This document shows, piece after piece, positions 10,144-19,494 of a stretch of 64,000 nt of DNA. A program made the position numbers and the translations under genes. The notes under the pieces were generated by a model. The model ran no database searches and had not been told where the DNA came from. It saw nothing but the letters and a program-made list of their open reading frames with translations. Source of the DNA: a virus; IMG/VR virus record IMGVR_UViG_3300018080_000099, positions 192,001 through 256,000 of that record. One strand, written 5' to 3'. Within the stretch, counting starts at the first letter, position 1, and each line of letters opens with the position of its first letter.

Positions 10144-10695
10144 ATGCCTAATTTCACAATCGAAGGAAGAGCAAAGACGTTGCCTGACATTCAGAGAAAC
10201 TGGATGTGGGAACTACTTATTCCTTCCATTAGCGATGTTACGAATGGAGTCATGGGCGATGTTGAGGACCTGATTATTCGTTGCAGAACGGCAGTTATCC
10301 CGGCAAGGGGTAACGAACCGATTGAAAGTAACTTCATGGGTATGAAGCAGTTCTTTCCGGGTAAGCCAACATTCACGCATACTTTCGATGTAACCATAGA
10401 AGAAACTCAAGACCAAATTGTACACAAGGCTTTAACAGCTTGGCAGAACTTGGTATTCAGTGTAAGTCCAACAACTCCGACTGGTGGTGCCTCTTTGAGA
10501 CCACTCAAAAGAGATGTAGCAAAGGACATCTACTTGGTTATGTACAAGTATAATCAGGAAGAAATGGAAAGAAAGATTCGCTTCTACAATGCATTTATTT
10601 CCAATGTTGGTGATGTGCCGATGGACTACACAACCCAAGCCGCCGTACAATTTACTGCAACGTTCCAGTTCGATTTCTGGGAACTGCAGGGTTAA
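10144..10695 (+). CDS. tail tube protein (T4 gp19 homolog)
   Basis: CRTAVIPARGNEPIESNFMGMKQFFPGKPTFTHTFDVTIEETQDQIVHKALTAWQ aligns with recalled gp19 CKATALPAG...FMNRKINVAGDRTFDDWTVTVMNDEAHDARQKFVDWQ. Confidence 0.8.
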   Translation: MPNFTIEGRAKTLPDIQRNWMWELLIPSISDVTNGVMGDVEDLIIRCRTAVIPARGNEPIESNFMGMKQFFPGKPTFTHTFDVTIEETQDQIVHKALTAWQNLVFSVSPTTPTGGASLRPLKRDVAKDIYLVMYKYNQEEMERKIRFYNAFISNVGDVPMDYTTQAAVQFTATFQFDFWELQG

Positions 10696-10717
10696 TACTA
10701 CAAGACATTCTTCTTTG

Positions 10718-10725
10718 TATAAATA
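10718..10725 (+). promoter_or_regulatory. TATAAATA motif immediately 5' of a hairpin
   Basis: Exact motif. Unusual placement directly before the terminator-like hairpin. Confidence 0.2.
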
Positions 10726-10726
10726 A

Positions 10727-10762
10727 CTGTGAGGTCCGACACACGGGCCTCACAGATTTTGA
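10727..10762 (+). terminator. hairpin/terminator after the tube gene
   Basis: ctgtgaggtccg ... cgggcctcacag stem of 11-12 bp with one mismatch, followed by ATTTT. Confidence 0.5.
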
Positions 10763-10795
10763 TAAACATTTGTAACATGTTATAAGGATAGGATT

Positions 10796-11440
10796 ATGCC
10801 AATAGGTGTAACTTCAGTCGAGTTACTAAGGTATTTTAGACAACCTGAAAGCGCTTTTGGTAAATCTGTACAACGTCCGTGGACATTCAATGCCCTTTTT
10901 ATCTACAATCCTTTTAAGGGACTGTCGTTAGGGAGAAGTATTGAATTTCCCCCAGTTTTACAGACTTTCCATTTCGTGGATATAACCATACCAACGTATT
11001 CCTTCAATAAGGAAATTTTGATGTATGGTCAGATTCCGAGAACATTTCCGATACTGAACTTCAAAGGGTTTGAGGTTAGAATGACATTGGAAGAAGATGA
11101 GCAAGGAACTGTTGAATACTTCATAAATTGGAACCAAAGAAACATCATAAATAAAGACGGAACGTACAATGCTCCAGATAATGCAAAGATAAAGGCTTTG
11201 GCTATTGAGATTCAGGATAAAACAGGAATACCAATCGTTTACTACATATTTCACGATTTGTATTTCCTTAATGCTGACCCGGTAACATATGCATATCAAG
11301 CAAGCGATAGCATTAAAAGAAATGTGACTTTTGGAGTTGATAGGTTGTCAACTTACTTTACAAAACAGAACATTGTATCGAGAGGGCTTGGAGCAATAAC
11401 AGGTACAATAGGTGGAATTGCAAATGCCATTCGTGGCTAA
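10796..11440 (+). CDS. hypothetical tail protein (possible tube terminator or completion protein)
   Basis: 214 aa ORF immediately after the tube gene and terminator. No motif recognised. Confidence 0.35.
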   Translation: MPIGVTSVELLRYFRQPESAFGKSVQRPWTFNALFIYNPFKGLSLGRSIEFPPVLQTFHFVDITIPTYSFNKEILMYGQIPRTFPILNFKGFEVRMTLEEDEQGTVEYFINWNQRNIINKDGTYNAPDNAKIKALAIEIQDKTGIPIVYYIFHDLYFLNADPVTYAYQASDSIKRNVTFGVDRLSTYFTKQNIVSRGLGAITGTIGGIANAIRG

Positions 11441-11464
11441 TTTTAATAACCTTGGAGGGTTGAT

Positions 11465-12424
11465 ATGAACCAAATGAAAGATGTTAGTGATGAAGAACTC
11501 AGAAAGATTGAACAGGGTGCATCACAGAGAGAAGAACAATCTCCGGATTTGACAGACGAACAGTTGATTAACATGGTTAAGGCAACTGAGGGAGGAAGTG
11601 TAACTTTGGACGATGTAGTAAAGGCAAAGCAAGAGGCGGCACCCCCGCCAGCCCCGGCACAGCCTGCCCCACAACCACAAGCTCAACAGCCTTACCCAAA
11701 TGCTAATTTTTGGGAAGTTACAAATCTACCTTCGTTGAATAAGTTCTACCCAGAAGGTACACGGATTTTCGGAAGGCCGATGAAGGTGATTGAGGTTAAG
11801 AAGATTTCATCTATGGGAGATAGCAATGGCGACTTCATTCTCAATGACATTGTGAGAAGAACAACTAAGGGAATTGACCATGATGAAATGTATGTGGCTG
11901 ACAAGTTGTTTATCATTTTCTGGCTGAGAGCCAATACTTATAGAGACAGTGGCTACGTTGTGAACTTCGTTTGTCCGAAGTGTGAGATGAAGTCTGAGTA
12001 TCATTTTGAAATCGACAACCTCGAAGTCCAGCATGTCACCGAAGATTTCAACCCTGCTAGTGAACTGAAAATGAAGGGCGGAGATGTCATTACTTATGAC
12101 TATCTGAAAATCAAGGACGAGCTTTACATTGATAGATTCAAGGAATTGAACTATAAGGCGGTGGGTGAAGTCGATGACGAGCTGTTAGCAATGGCTCAGA
12201 TGGTTAAAACAATTAATGGAAAGGAACTAACACTTTTGCAGAAGTATCACTGGGTAACGGAATTGGACCCCGGTGACTTTGCATACATGAGAAGTTATAT
12301 GGAAAAGAAGGGAATGGGAATAAAACCTTACGTTAACGTAACGTGCAAAGAGTGTGGAGGTACCGTCCCAGTGGCGGTTTCGTTTCGCTCCGACTTCTTT
12401 ATTCCCGAATATAAGTTTGAATGA
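11465..12424 (+). CDS. tail/baseplate assembly protein with a C4 zinc ribbon
   Basis: Acidic N-terminus, PAPAQPAPQPQ linker, CPKCE...CKECGG. Sits just upstream of the tape-measure-like gene. Confidence 0.4.
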   Translation: MNQMKDVSDEELRKIEQGASQREEQSPDLTDEQLINMVKATEGGSVTLDDVVKAKQEAAPPPAPAQPAPQPQAQQPYPNANFWEVTNLPSLNKFYPEGTRIFGRPMKVIEVKKISSMGDSNGDFILNDIVRRTTKGIDHDEMYVADKLFIIFWLRANTYRDSGYVVNFVCPKCEMKSEYHFEIDNLEVQHVTEDFNPASELKMKGGDVITYDYLKIKDELYIDRFKELNYKAVGEVDDELLAMAQMVKTINGKELTLLQKYHWVTELDPGDFAYMRSYMEKKGMGIKPYVNVTCKECGGTVPVAVSFRSDFFIPEYKFE

Positions 12425-12613
12425 TATTCTTGAAGTTGAATTTCAGTTAGCATATAACATGAAGGTTCAGCCGAACTTTGATGAAAAGGAGTTTTTTGAA
12501 CTGATTTGGCTGTATGAAAGAATGGCAGAACAAAGAAGGAAAGAGAACGAGGAAGCTCAAAAGAAGCCCGGAGATGTTTCTCTTTCAGATGTGATGAATC
12601 AAGGATAATAACC

Positions 12614-14611
12614 GTGGCAGACGAACAGCAACAAGAACAGCAAAAGAAAGGCTCTGGCTTTTTAACGGCTTCATTTCTCAAAAATGAAGCCTTTGCTCGA
12701 AGGTCCGAGGGACTTGGTAATCTGAATAAGATGATGAATACCTTTACGTCCAAAAACGTACAGGAACTTCAGAAAATTACAAAGCAACTTACAAAGCTCA
12801 ACTTGAACTTCGAGATGCAGAGAAAGACAGCCTCAAGCCGAAAGGATTTCCTCAGACGAGAAGACCCAAGTAAAAAGCTTATTAAGCATGTGGATGACCT
12901 CGAAGGATTGATTAGAGAACAAAACAAGATGAGGAAAGCTGCCACAGGAGCCCTCAAATGGCTGAGAGGATTCGCAGTATCCGGATTTATAAGTTGGTTG
13001 CTGTTTGGAGATAAGGCACCAATAGTCAAGCTTATAAAAGGATTTGGGGAGTTTGTCAAGGAGTCGGGTTCTGGATTACTGCATACCATTCTAACAGGAG
13101 ACTACTCAGGTATAAAGAGAGGATTCCAACATATTAAAAATATTGGAGGAGGACTTTGGAGATTCCTGACAACTGGTAAACCCGATAGACTTGCAAGTGA
13201 CTGGAATCTTCTAAAACAAAGCGTCCCAAAGAAAGGTGTTATGGGATTCCTTTTCCACGGACAAGATGCTAAGGGAGCAACAGCCAGAAGTTTAAATGCT
13301 TTCTATAACTCTATAAGATTGCCGGGTGGGCTTTTCCAAGGACTAGTTTTTGGAAAATGGGACCTCCTTAAAGAAAGTTGGGAAGGGTTGAAAAATGTTG
13401 TTCCCGGCGGTGCATGGGGAGCTGGTGGAGTTGTAGCGTCAGTACTATTTGGAATCCCAATTGCTAAAGGTATAATTGGTGGAGCAGTAAAGGGACTAAC
13501 AACAACAATAACTCAGGCTCTTAGCCAAGCCGCAGTTAACATGGCTACCGGAACGGGTGGAGCTTCATTGATAAGCCCGATGAAATTGCTCACACCATTC
13601 CTTGCTAAGGGAGTCCTTGCTTCGGTTGCCGGTGTCGCATTACCAGTTATTGGTATGGCGGTGGCTGGATACTTTGCTCATAAGCATATTATGAAAGAGG
13701 AGAAGGCACGTCTTGCTTACGAGAGAGGTGAGTATGAAATTCGGGATGCAGAAACAGGACAAGTCATGCATGAGTATGGAAAGCCTATTTACACGGAAGG
13801 TCCTGCCGCAGAAGCATATAAAAAAAGAAAGCAACTCGAAGCTGAACAAAGATTCGCCAAAGGACAACAAAGAACAGCGGAGCTTGCTGATATTCAAACT
13901 GAAGAACAGGCTTTGGAATATGCACAACGACATGGTATCGAAATAACACCAATTCAGCCCGGTGGAAAGAGGCCGGATATGGCTTCGATATTGACAGTTA
14001 AATCTTCTCCATCGACATACACGAGCCCGTTTGGCACTCCTACAAAAAAGGACCCCCTAATGTGGGCTCCGGGAGTTATGAAGTCCAAGGATAGCGTAAA
14101 CTTGGATGGGTTAGATTCTAATACTAAAAAGGCTTTGAAGGCTGCGGGCCACGAATATTTCAAAAAGACGGGTGGACAGAAAGCATTTGTCGTGACATCG
14201 GGTTTCCGTACAAAAGCAAAGCAACAAGAATTGTATGATAAATTTGTCAATAATCAAAGTAGATATCCAGCGGCAAAACCGGGAAGTTCCCGACATGAAA
14301 TAGGTAGGGCTATAGACTTGGTTATTGAGGGGCCGGCAGCTCCAAATGCTGCGGGATATAGCATTCTTAACAGACATGGATTCAACAGGCCGTTGACTTT
14401 TCGTGACCCGATTCACTTTGAACATGCTGAGGGTGATGCTAACCTTCCTCAGTCTCGAATTGCACCACAGGCTAATGTAGATACTAACAAGCCTCTTGAC
14501 TTGTCGGATGAAACAATCAAACAACTTGCTGAATCAATGTCGGGTTCGATGAAGGGAGCATTCCCTCAGAATAATCAGAGCTTTGTATTAGATACTTCAA
14601 TGAGAGGATAA
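12614..14611 (+). CDS. tape-measure-like tail protein with a C-terminal peptidase M15 (LAS) cell-wall hydrolase domain
   Basis: GTG start. Central Gly-rich hydrophobic segments typical of tape-measure proteins. C-terminus carries VTSGFR, SSRHEIGRAIDL and HFEH, consistent with zinc D,D- or L,D-peptidases (VanY/M15). Confidence 0.6.
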   Translation: MADEQQQEQQKKGSGFLTASFLKNEAFARRSEGLGNLNKMMNTFTSKNVQELQKITKQLTKLNLNFEMQRKTASSRKDFLRREDPSKKLIKHVDDLEGLIREQNKMRKAATGALKWLRGFAVSGFISWLLFGDKAPIVKLIKGFGEFVKESGSGLLHTILTGDYSGIKRGFQHIKNIGGGLWRFLTTGKPDRLASDWNLLKQSVPKKGVMGFLFHGQDAKGATARSLNAFYNSIRLPGGLFQGLVFGKWDLLKESWEGLKNVVPGGAWGAGGVVASVLFGIPIAKGIIGGAVKGLTTTITQALSQAAVNMATGTGGASLISPMKLLTPFLAKGVLASVAGVALPVIGMAVAGYFAHKHIMKEEKARLAYERGEYEIRDAETGQVMHEYGKPIYTEGPAAEAYKKRKQLEAEQRFAKGQQRTAELADIQTEEQALEYAQRHGIEITPIQPGGKRPDMASILTVKSSPSTYTSPFGTPTKKDPLMWAPGVMKSKDSVNLDGLDSNTKKALKAAGHEYFKKTGGQKAFVVTSGFRTKAKQQELYDKFVNNQSRYPAAKPGSSRHEIGRAIDLVIEGPAAPNAAGYSILNRHGFNRPLTFRDPIHFEHAEGDANLPQSRIAPQANVDTNKPLDLSDETIKQLAESMSGSMKGAFPQNNQSFVLDTSMRG

Positions 14612-14612
14612 T

Positions 14613-15686
14613 ATGGGATTTATAGACTCTTTCAATAAATCAGTTTTCACAAAAAGCTCTTATGCAGAAGCTGTCCGAGGCAAGGCTGGTTCAACGGGAG
14701 GACTCGGTCATGCAGTCATTCGAATTCAGGCAGAAGGAGAAAGATTCGGAGCCGATTATCCAGACCCTTATATTTTAGGAGTTGTGAAAGAAGGGGTATC
14801 ATTTGAAATTCGAGCCAAGTATTCGGATTTGGGTGGACTCGGTGCGGCTGTTTTTCCGAAGTCCGCTGCAATAGTTAAAGGAGCATTTGAGAAGTTTAAT
14901 GCCCTTGCCAGCACTGCTGATGTGGCTAATTTTGGAGCAGTATATGCCAGTAAAAAAATATATCAGAAAAGCGAGTACCTTGTCATCAAACCACAATTTA
15001 GGGTTGTCGATTGGCAGGGTATTGGACAACCAGTTATGACAGCTAAAATTTTAGCTTTGTATACAACACCTGTTGTTGTCATGTCTGGTAAGGAAGTTTT
15101 AAAAGCCGCTGGAGATGCGGCAAAGCCAGCGGTACAAGCGGCAACAAATACGGCTAAGCAGGGGGCCAGTGCCGCAACAGCGAAGGCTGAGAGTGCAGTG
15201 GATAAAGCTAAAGCTGAGATTGATGAAATGAAAAAGAGTGAGAAAAAACTTGTCAGTACCGTTGGAAATTTTCTTGACTCTAGTGTTGAAAATTTTGAAG
15301 GGGCATTTAATGATGTTGTAAGTGTAGCTGGAAAAGCGGCAGATGCTGTCGGAGGTTTTGGTTCAAAGGTTGCTGGTTCCGAACCAGTGCAGAGAGCTAA
15401 CAAAAACGTCCTATCAGATATAGATGATGTTATTACCGTTAGAAGTTCTCCGATGCCAGTAAAAGTTTGGATTGGTAAATTTTTCCATAGAAGTGATATG
15501 ATTATTGAAAGTATTGACTACAAGTTTTCAAAGGAAATGACAGCGGCAGGGCCGTTGTATGTTGACATTGGAATGACACTTAGCTCAAGAAAAATTATTG
15601 GTTCTCTGGAAGATATTGGATTGAATATAGCTGAGAAGAAGAGCAGGGTTTTGGGAAGTAACGCAACTGGTGTAACTGGGGGATAA
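14613..15686 (+). CDS. hypothetical baseplate/tail-tube-associated protein
   Basis: 357 aa with an Ala-rich C-terminus. Position between the tape-measure-like gene and the hub. Confidence 0.35.
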   Translation: MGFIDSFNKSVFTKSSYAEAVRGKAGSTGGLGHAVIRIQAEGERFGADYPDPYILGVVKEGVSFEIRAKYSDLGGLGAAVFPKSAAIVKGAFEKFNALASTADVANFGAVYASKKIYQKSEYLVIKPQFRVVDWQGIGQPVMTAKILALYTTPVVVMSGKEVLKAAGDAAKPAVQAATNTAKQGASAATAKAESAVDKAKAEIDEMKKSEKKLVSTVGNFLDSSVENFEGAFNDVVSVAGKAADAVGGFGSKVAGSEPVQRANKNVLSDIDDVITVRSSPMPVKVWIGKFFHRSDMIIESIDYKFSKEMTAAGPLYVDIGMTLSSRKIIGSLEDIGLNIAEKKSRVLGSNATGVTGG

Positions 15687-15688
15687 AG

Positions 15689-16015
15689 ATGGCGCTTAAC
15701 AAATACAGGAGAACAAGATTTCAAGAGCAGGAAACTATTGATGGCGTTCTTGAGCAGGACATCCTTAATAATAACTGGGAGCTTTTTGAGATTAAACGTC
15801 CGATGTCATTTTTTACGGTTACTCCAACATTCATTCAAAGACCAGAACTGCTTTCGATAAAGCTTTATGGTAAGCAGGCGTACTGGTGGATTTTAGCAAA
15901 GTTCAACAATATTGATGACTGGTGGAACGACATTCAGGCAGATGATGTCATAGATGTTCCGAACATCAGGGATATTGAGGACTGGTATGTTCGTGTAAAA
16001 CAGAGGAATAGATAA
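15689..16015 (+). CDS. LysM-like small tail protein (gpX/gp53-like)
   Basis: ELLSIKLYGKQAYWWILAKFNNIDD...DDVIDVP fits the LysM pattern. Position before the hub gene. Confidence 0.35.
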   Translation: MALNKYRRTRFQEQETIDGVLEQDILNNNWELFEIKRPMSFFTVTPTFIQRPELLSIKLYGKQAYWWILAKFNNIDDWWNDIQADDVIDVPNIRDIEDWYVRVKQRNR

Positions 16016-17271
16016 TGGCTGAATTTGGTCAATTAGCGGGCCAACATTTTTACTGTATATTAACCATTAAAGGAACCGACTACAACCCATCCAACTTGAT
16101 GTACTTAATCATCAGAGAATGGGTTTTCAATGTTCTTCCTACAATTGAGCTGCAGTTCCTTGATGATGGGTACTTAAATGAAGTAAGCCCGCTCGAAGAT
16201 GGTGAAGATATTCAGATTTCCGTTGCCAAGCATGAGGATGATGTTGAGGTAATGGAGTTGACGTTCTCTATGGATAACTACGAGGTAGGTATTCTGGGCG
16301 ACAACAATAAGAGTATCGTCACATTGACAGGCCATCTTAAAGCCGATGATATGTTTACAACCAAAACGAGAAGGTTCCCACGGCAGAACTCTGAGGCAGT
16401 TTTACAGACAATTTCAGATGAAGCTGGATTTAATTTCAAGAATCCTCATAAAATAGCTCCGGCTGATAACATGATTTGGTATCAGCTCGGAATAAGTAAT
16501 TTTGATATGATTCGGCATGTAATGAAAAGAGCATACATTCCGAATGATACCATTTTTGCTTATGCAAATACAAATGTAGACGCTTTGAGTTTGCCAGTAG
16601 GCGGTCTCACAAAATCAAGAAAAAGCGATTTTGTTTTCACTTCATTGCAGTCGGAAGTTGATAAGAAGGAAATCAAAATCTGTAAATATGATGTTCCAAG
16701 TTTTGAACTGAATGTTAAGAACACAGAGGATAAGGACGACATAATTTGGTTTAGCTCATATAGTATTGTCAACAACTCAGGATATTATAACAAAATGAGA
16801 TGCTATGGAGTGAGATATGGATACTACGATTTGAGTACTGGTACATCATCATATCCGCTTTATTCAGACATAATCAAAACTACCAAGCTATCGTTCAGAA
16901 ATAAGGACTTAGCAGGGCAGTCAGTGTATGGAAAATATGGTGGAGACTTGAACGAAGCAAATCTATATGGTCCTGAATACTTTGAATCGAGGGTAAGAAA
17001 CAAGTTTCTGAGAAACAACTTCTTTGCATTCTCAATGGTGCTTAACATCAATGCAATAAATAAAGTCAGCCTTCTGGATTTGGTCGATGTATCAATACCA
17101 TCCCTGTTTGTCGATGATACGATTAACTCCGTAATGTCAGGGAAGTATTTGATTGCAGGCATCCAGCACGAAATATCTAAAGACGGTATATATACCAAGA
17201 AGATTGCTGTGAGTCGAAGTGGAATGAATGATAGTAGTAGCGTTAAATTGGAAGAGGTTGAAGGAACATGA
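16015..17271 (+). CDS. baseplate hub protein (T4 gp27 homolog)
   Basis: LQFLDDGY...DGEDIQISVAK and IAVSRSGMNDSS match recalled gp27 LQFYDSKN...DGNEIIQISVAN and IVVSRSGAYSE. Confidence 0.7.
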   Translation: MAEFGQLAGQHFYCILTIKGTDYNPSNLMYLIIREWVFNVLPTIELQFLDDGYLNEVSPLEDGEDIQISVAKHEDDVEVMELTFSMDNYEVGILGDNNKSIVTLTGHLKADDMFTTKTRRFPRQNSEAVLQTISDEAGFNFKNPHKIAPADNMIWYQLGISNFDMIRHVMKRAYIPNDTIFAYANTNVDALSLPVGGLTKSRKSDFVFTSLQSEVDKKEIKICKYDVPSFELNVKNTEDKDDIIWFSSYSIVNNSGYYNKMRCYGVRYGYYDLSTGTSSYPLYSDIIKTTKLSFRNKDLAGQSVYGKYGGDLNEANLYGPEYFESRVRNKFLRNNFFAFSMVLNINAINKVSLLDLVDVSIPSLFVDDTINSVMSGKYLIAGIQHEISKDGIYTKKIAVSRSGMNDSSSVKLEEVEGT

Positions 17272-17930
17272 TTGAGAATATAAGAAGGCAAACGGGAATG
17301 ACTCCCGAAGAAATGACGAAGGACTTTCTTGATAAGTCTTGTGACGAAAAAGAATTGTCCTTCTATTCAGGCAGAGTGGTAAATAACAATGACCCAGACC
17401 AACAAGGAAAATGCCAAATTAGAGTATATTGTGTTTTCGGAGATGAAATCCCTGATGAGGACCTTCCTTGGGCGCTTCCCGATTTCGGATTTATTGGAAG
17501 CACTCTTGGTAGTTTTATTGTGCCACCTAATGGTGCAATTGTCAAAGTATACTTTGACCAAGGAGATTTATACTTACCTCATTATACAACAAAAGCAGTT
17601 AATGCTGGAAGCTTACCTCCTCAAAGATTTACGGACTATCCCGATACAATGGTTTTCTTCTCTTTGGATGAGGAAGATTATCTTACCATCAATCGAAAGA
17701 CTGGTGACGCAGTATACTCGCAAAGGCTAGGAGTGAAAATAGTGGCAGATGAAGATGGTAACTTGACAATCCATTCAGATGTGGGAGTTAAGATTGATAC
17801 AAAAGTCTCTGGTGATAACCAGACGGTGATAGGTCCCGATGGTGGTTATGTAGTAACATCTCCATCTCCCGGCCCAATTCTTACTCAGGATGGACATACT
17901 CTCCAAGCAACAGAAAAAGTGAGGGCATAA
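17268..17930 (+). CDS. baseplate central spike, gp5 N-terminal OB-fold / gpV-like, with no lysozyme domain
   Basis: SGRVVNNNDPDQQGKCQIRV...PWALP...GSFIVPPNGAIVKVYFDQGDLYLPHY is the Phage_base_V signature. Only 220 aa. Confidence 0.65.
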   Translation: MIENIRRQTGMTPEEMTKDFLDKSCDEKELSFYSGRVVNNNDPDQQGKCQIRVYCVFGDEIPDEDLPWALPDFGFIGSTLGSFIVPPNGAIVKVYFDQGDLYLPHYTTKAVNAGSLPPQRFTDYPDTMVFFSLDEEDYLTINRKTGDAVYSQRLGVKIVADEDGNLTIHSDVGVKIDTKVSGDNQTVIGPDGGYVVTSPSPGPILTQDGHTLQATEKVRA

Positions 17931-17932
17931 TT

Positions 17933-18313
17933 ATGGCAACTGTTGGTGAATTAATAAAGGTAGACTACAAGAAGGATTCGTTGACACTTGAAGAACTTCA
18001 AGCCGCGCTTATTGCCGCTCAGGGCATTCAGGCAATTTCTAAGGTTCCTGAGATTAACGCGGCACTAACGGCGGCGCTTATAGCCGTAACAGCCTACAAT
18101 ACTATCATTACAGTTGTAGACATTATTCAAAAAGCTACACCCGCTGTGAAGGCGGCGACTAAGGCGGCGGCAATTCCTTTGAATCCTTCGATGGCGGCTG
18201 AGGTTGCTCAGGACGGGATTCAACTCGCAATTGCACAAGTACCGGGGCTTTTAGCAACAGGTGTGCAAACGGCAAAGGATGCTGTTTTGGGTATTGAGGT
18301 TCCGGGTACATAA
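17933..18313 (+). CDS. Ala-rich small baseplate protein
   Basis: 126 aa ORF, ATG four nt after the spike stop. Confidence 0.35.
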   Translation: MATVGELIKVDYKKDSLTLEELQAALIAAQGIQAISKVPEINAALTAALIAVTAYNTIITVVDIIQKATPAVKAATKAAAIPLNPSMAAEVAQDGIQLAIAQVPGLLATGVQTAKDAVLGIEVPGT

Positions 18314-18324
18314 GGGAGATTGAT

Positions 18325-19056
18325 ATGCCTATTGACAAAGACCAAATATACGAAAGTGCAACAGAGATGTTGTATACGATTATTTCTAGGATTAATAAAC
18401 AGGAAATCGTTTATCTTAGTTCAGCTACCGGGCAGTCGGCGCTTACAGGAAGCCCACAAGAGATTTCAGGAGTCAGAGAGGTTGAACAAATCATTCATCC
18501 ATTTGACCCACCAGCTCTTGAAGCCGAATTGAATGTGGCTATCTCAGCTCAAAGGAATTTGGGATTATCAGCCGAATATCCATTGTCGGCATTTAGTAAT
18601 GTTGAATCTTGGTTCCGAGTCATTGCTGACGAGATGACATACCAACTGTTAAGTGCGTATGAAGTGGAAGATATTAGCAATGTATCGTCTACGCCAACAA
18701 GAGCATACTATTTGTTTGATACTGGTAACGGGTGGATAAACGAACCACTTGATGAACTAAGCGCATGGCATACTCATGACCAAAGATACTATAGGGAAGA
18801 TGAAGTTGACCTGTGGAGGAATGGAACAACAAGTGCTGTCATGGGATATGTAAGCGGAGTAAACTCAGATATTCAGGTACAACTAGATGATAGATATACA
18901 AAAGATGAAACGATAGCTGAAATTCAACAAAACGACATTTTAACGAATATTCCTTTTGGAGCAACATCAGCCATTGCAGAGCCAAATGGTATGTGGGCAA
19001 CTTCAGGACATGCTACACTACCTGACGGAGTTTTGATGTTAAGACCGAACTACTAA
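18325..19056 (+). CDS. hypothetical baseplate protein
   Basis: 243 aa ORF with RBS gggagattgatATG. Confidence 0.35.
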   Translation: MPIDKDQIYESATEMLYTIISRINKQEIVYLSSATGQSALTGSPQEISGVREVEQIIHPFDPPALEAELNVAISAQRNLGLSAEYPLSAFSNVESWFRVIADEMTYQLLSAYEVEDISNVSSTPTRAYYLFDTGNGWINEPLDELSAWHTHDQRYYREDEVDLWRNGTTSAVMGYVSGVNSDIQVQLDDRYTKDETIAEIQQNDILTNIPFGATSAIAEPNGMWATSGHATLPDGVLMLRPNY

Positions 19057-19086
19057 AAAAGATAAATAATGTAGAGGTATAGACAT

Positions 19087-19485
19087 ATGGCACGTAGAAG
19101 AACTCAAAGAACAATATCATCCCGATGGGCTTATGACATCGACAAGAACCCAATCGACCAAGGGGAGATTTGGGATGCTGATGTTATCAACCAAAGTATT
19201 GAACTGATACTTGGAACTGCCCCGTATGAAAGGGTGTTTAATCCTGCGTTTGGATTTGGTCTTCAATTCAAGATTTTTAACTTAGCAACCAATAGTGAAT
19301 TGGAAAGCTTGCTTGATGAAGTTGCTATTGCTATCTCAACATGGGAAGACCGAATAACGGTTATTGAAAAGGAAATGAGAGTCATAACAGATGTTGACAG
19401 AAATTCAGCAATTATAGTTATACCTTATGTCATCAATAGAACTCAAATTAGAAGCACATTCAAGAAGAAAATTTTTAGTACTTAA
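19087..19485 (+). CDS. baseplate wedge protein gp25/GPW family
   Basis: 132 aa, the same length as T4 gp25. SIELILGTAPYERVFNPAFGFGL...EDRI aligns with gp25 SLLGIITTRKGSRPFDPEFGCDL...EPRI. Confidence 0.8.
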   Translation: MARRRTQRTISSRWAYDIDKNPIDQGEIWDADVINQSIELILGTAPYERVFNPAFGFGLQFKIFNLATNSELESLLDEVAIAISTWEDRITVIEKEMRVITDVDRNSAIIVIPYVINRTQIRSTFKKKIFST

Positions 19486-19494
19486 GGGGAAATC

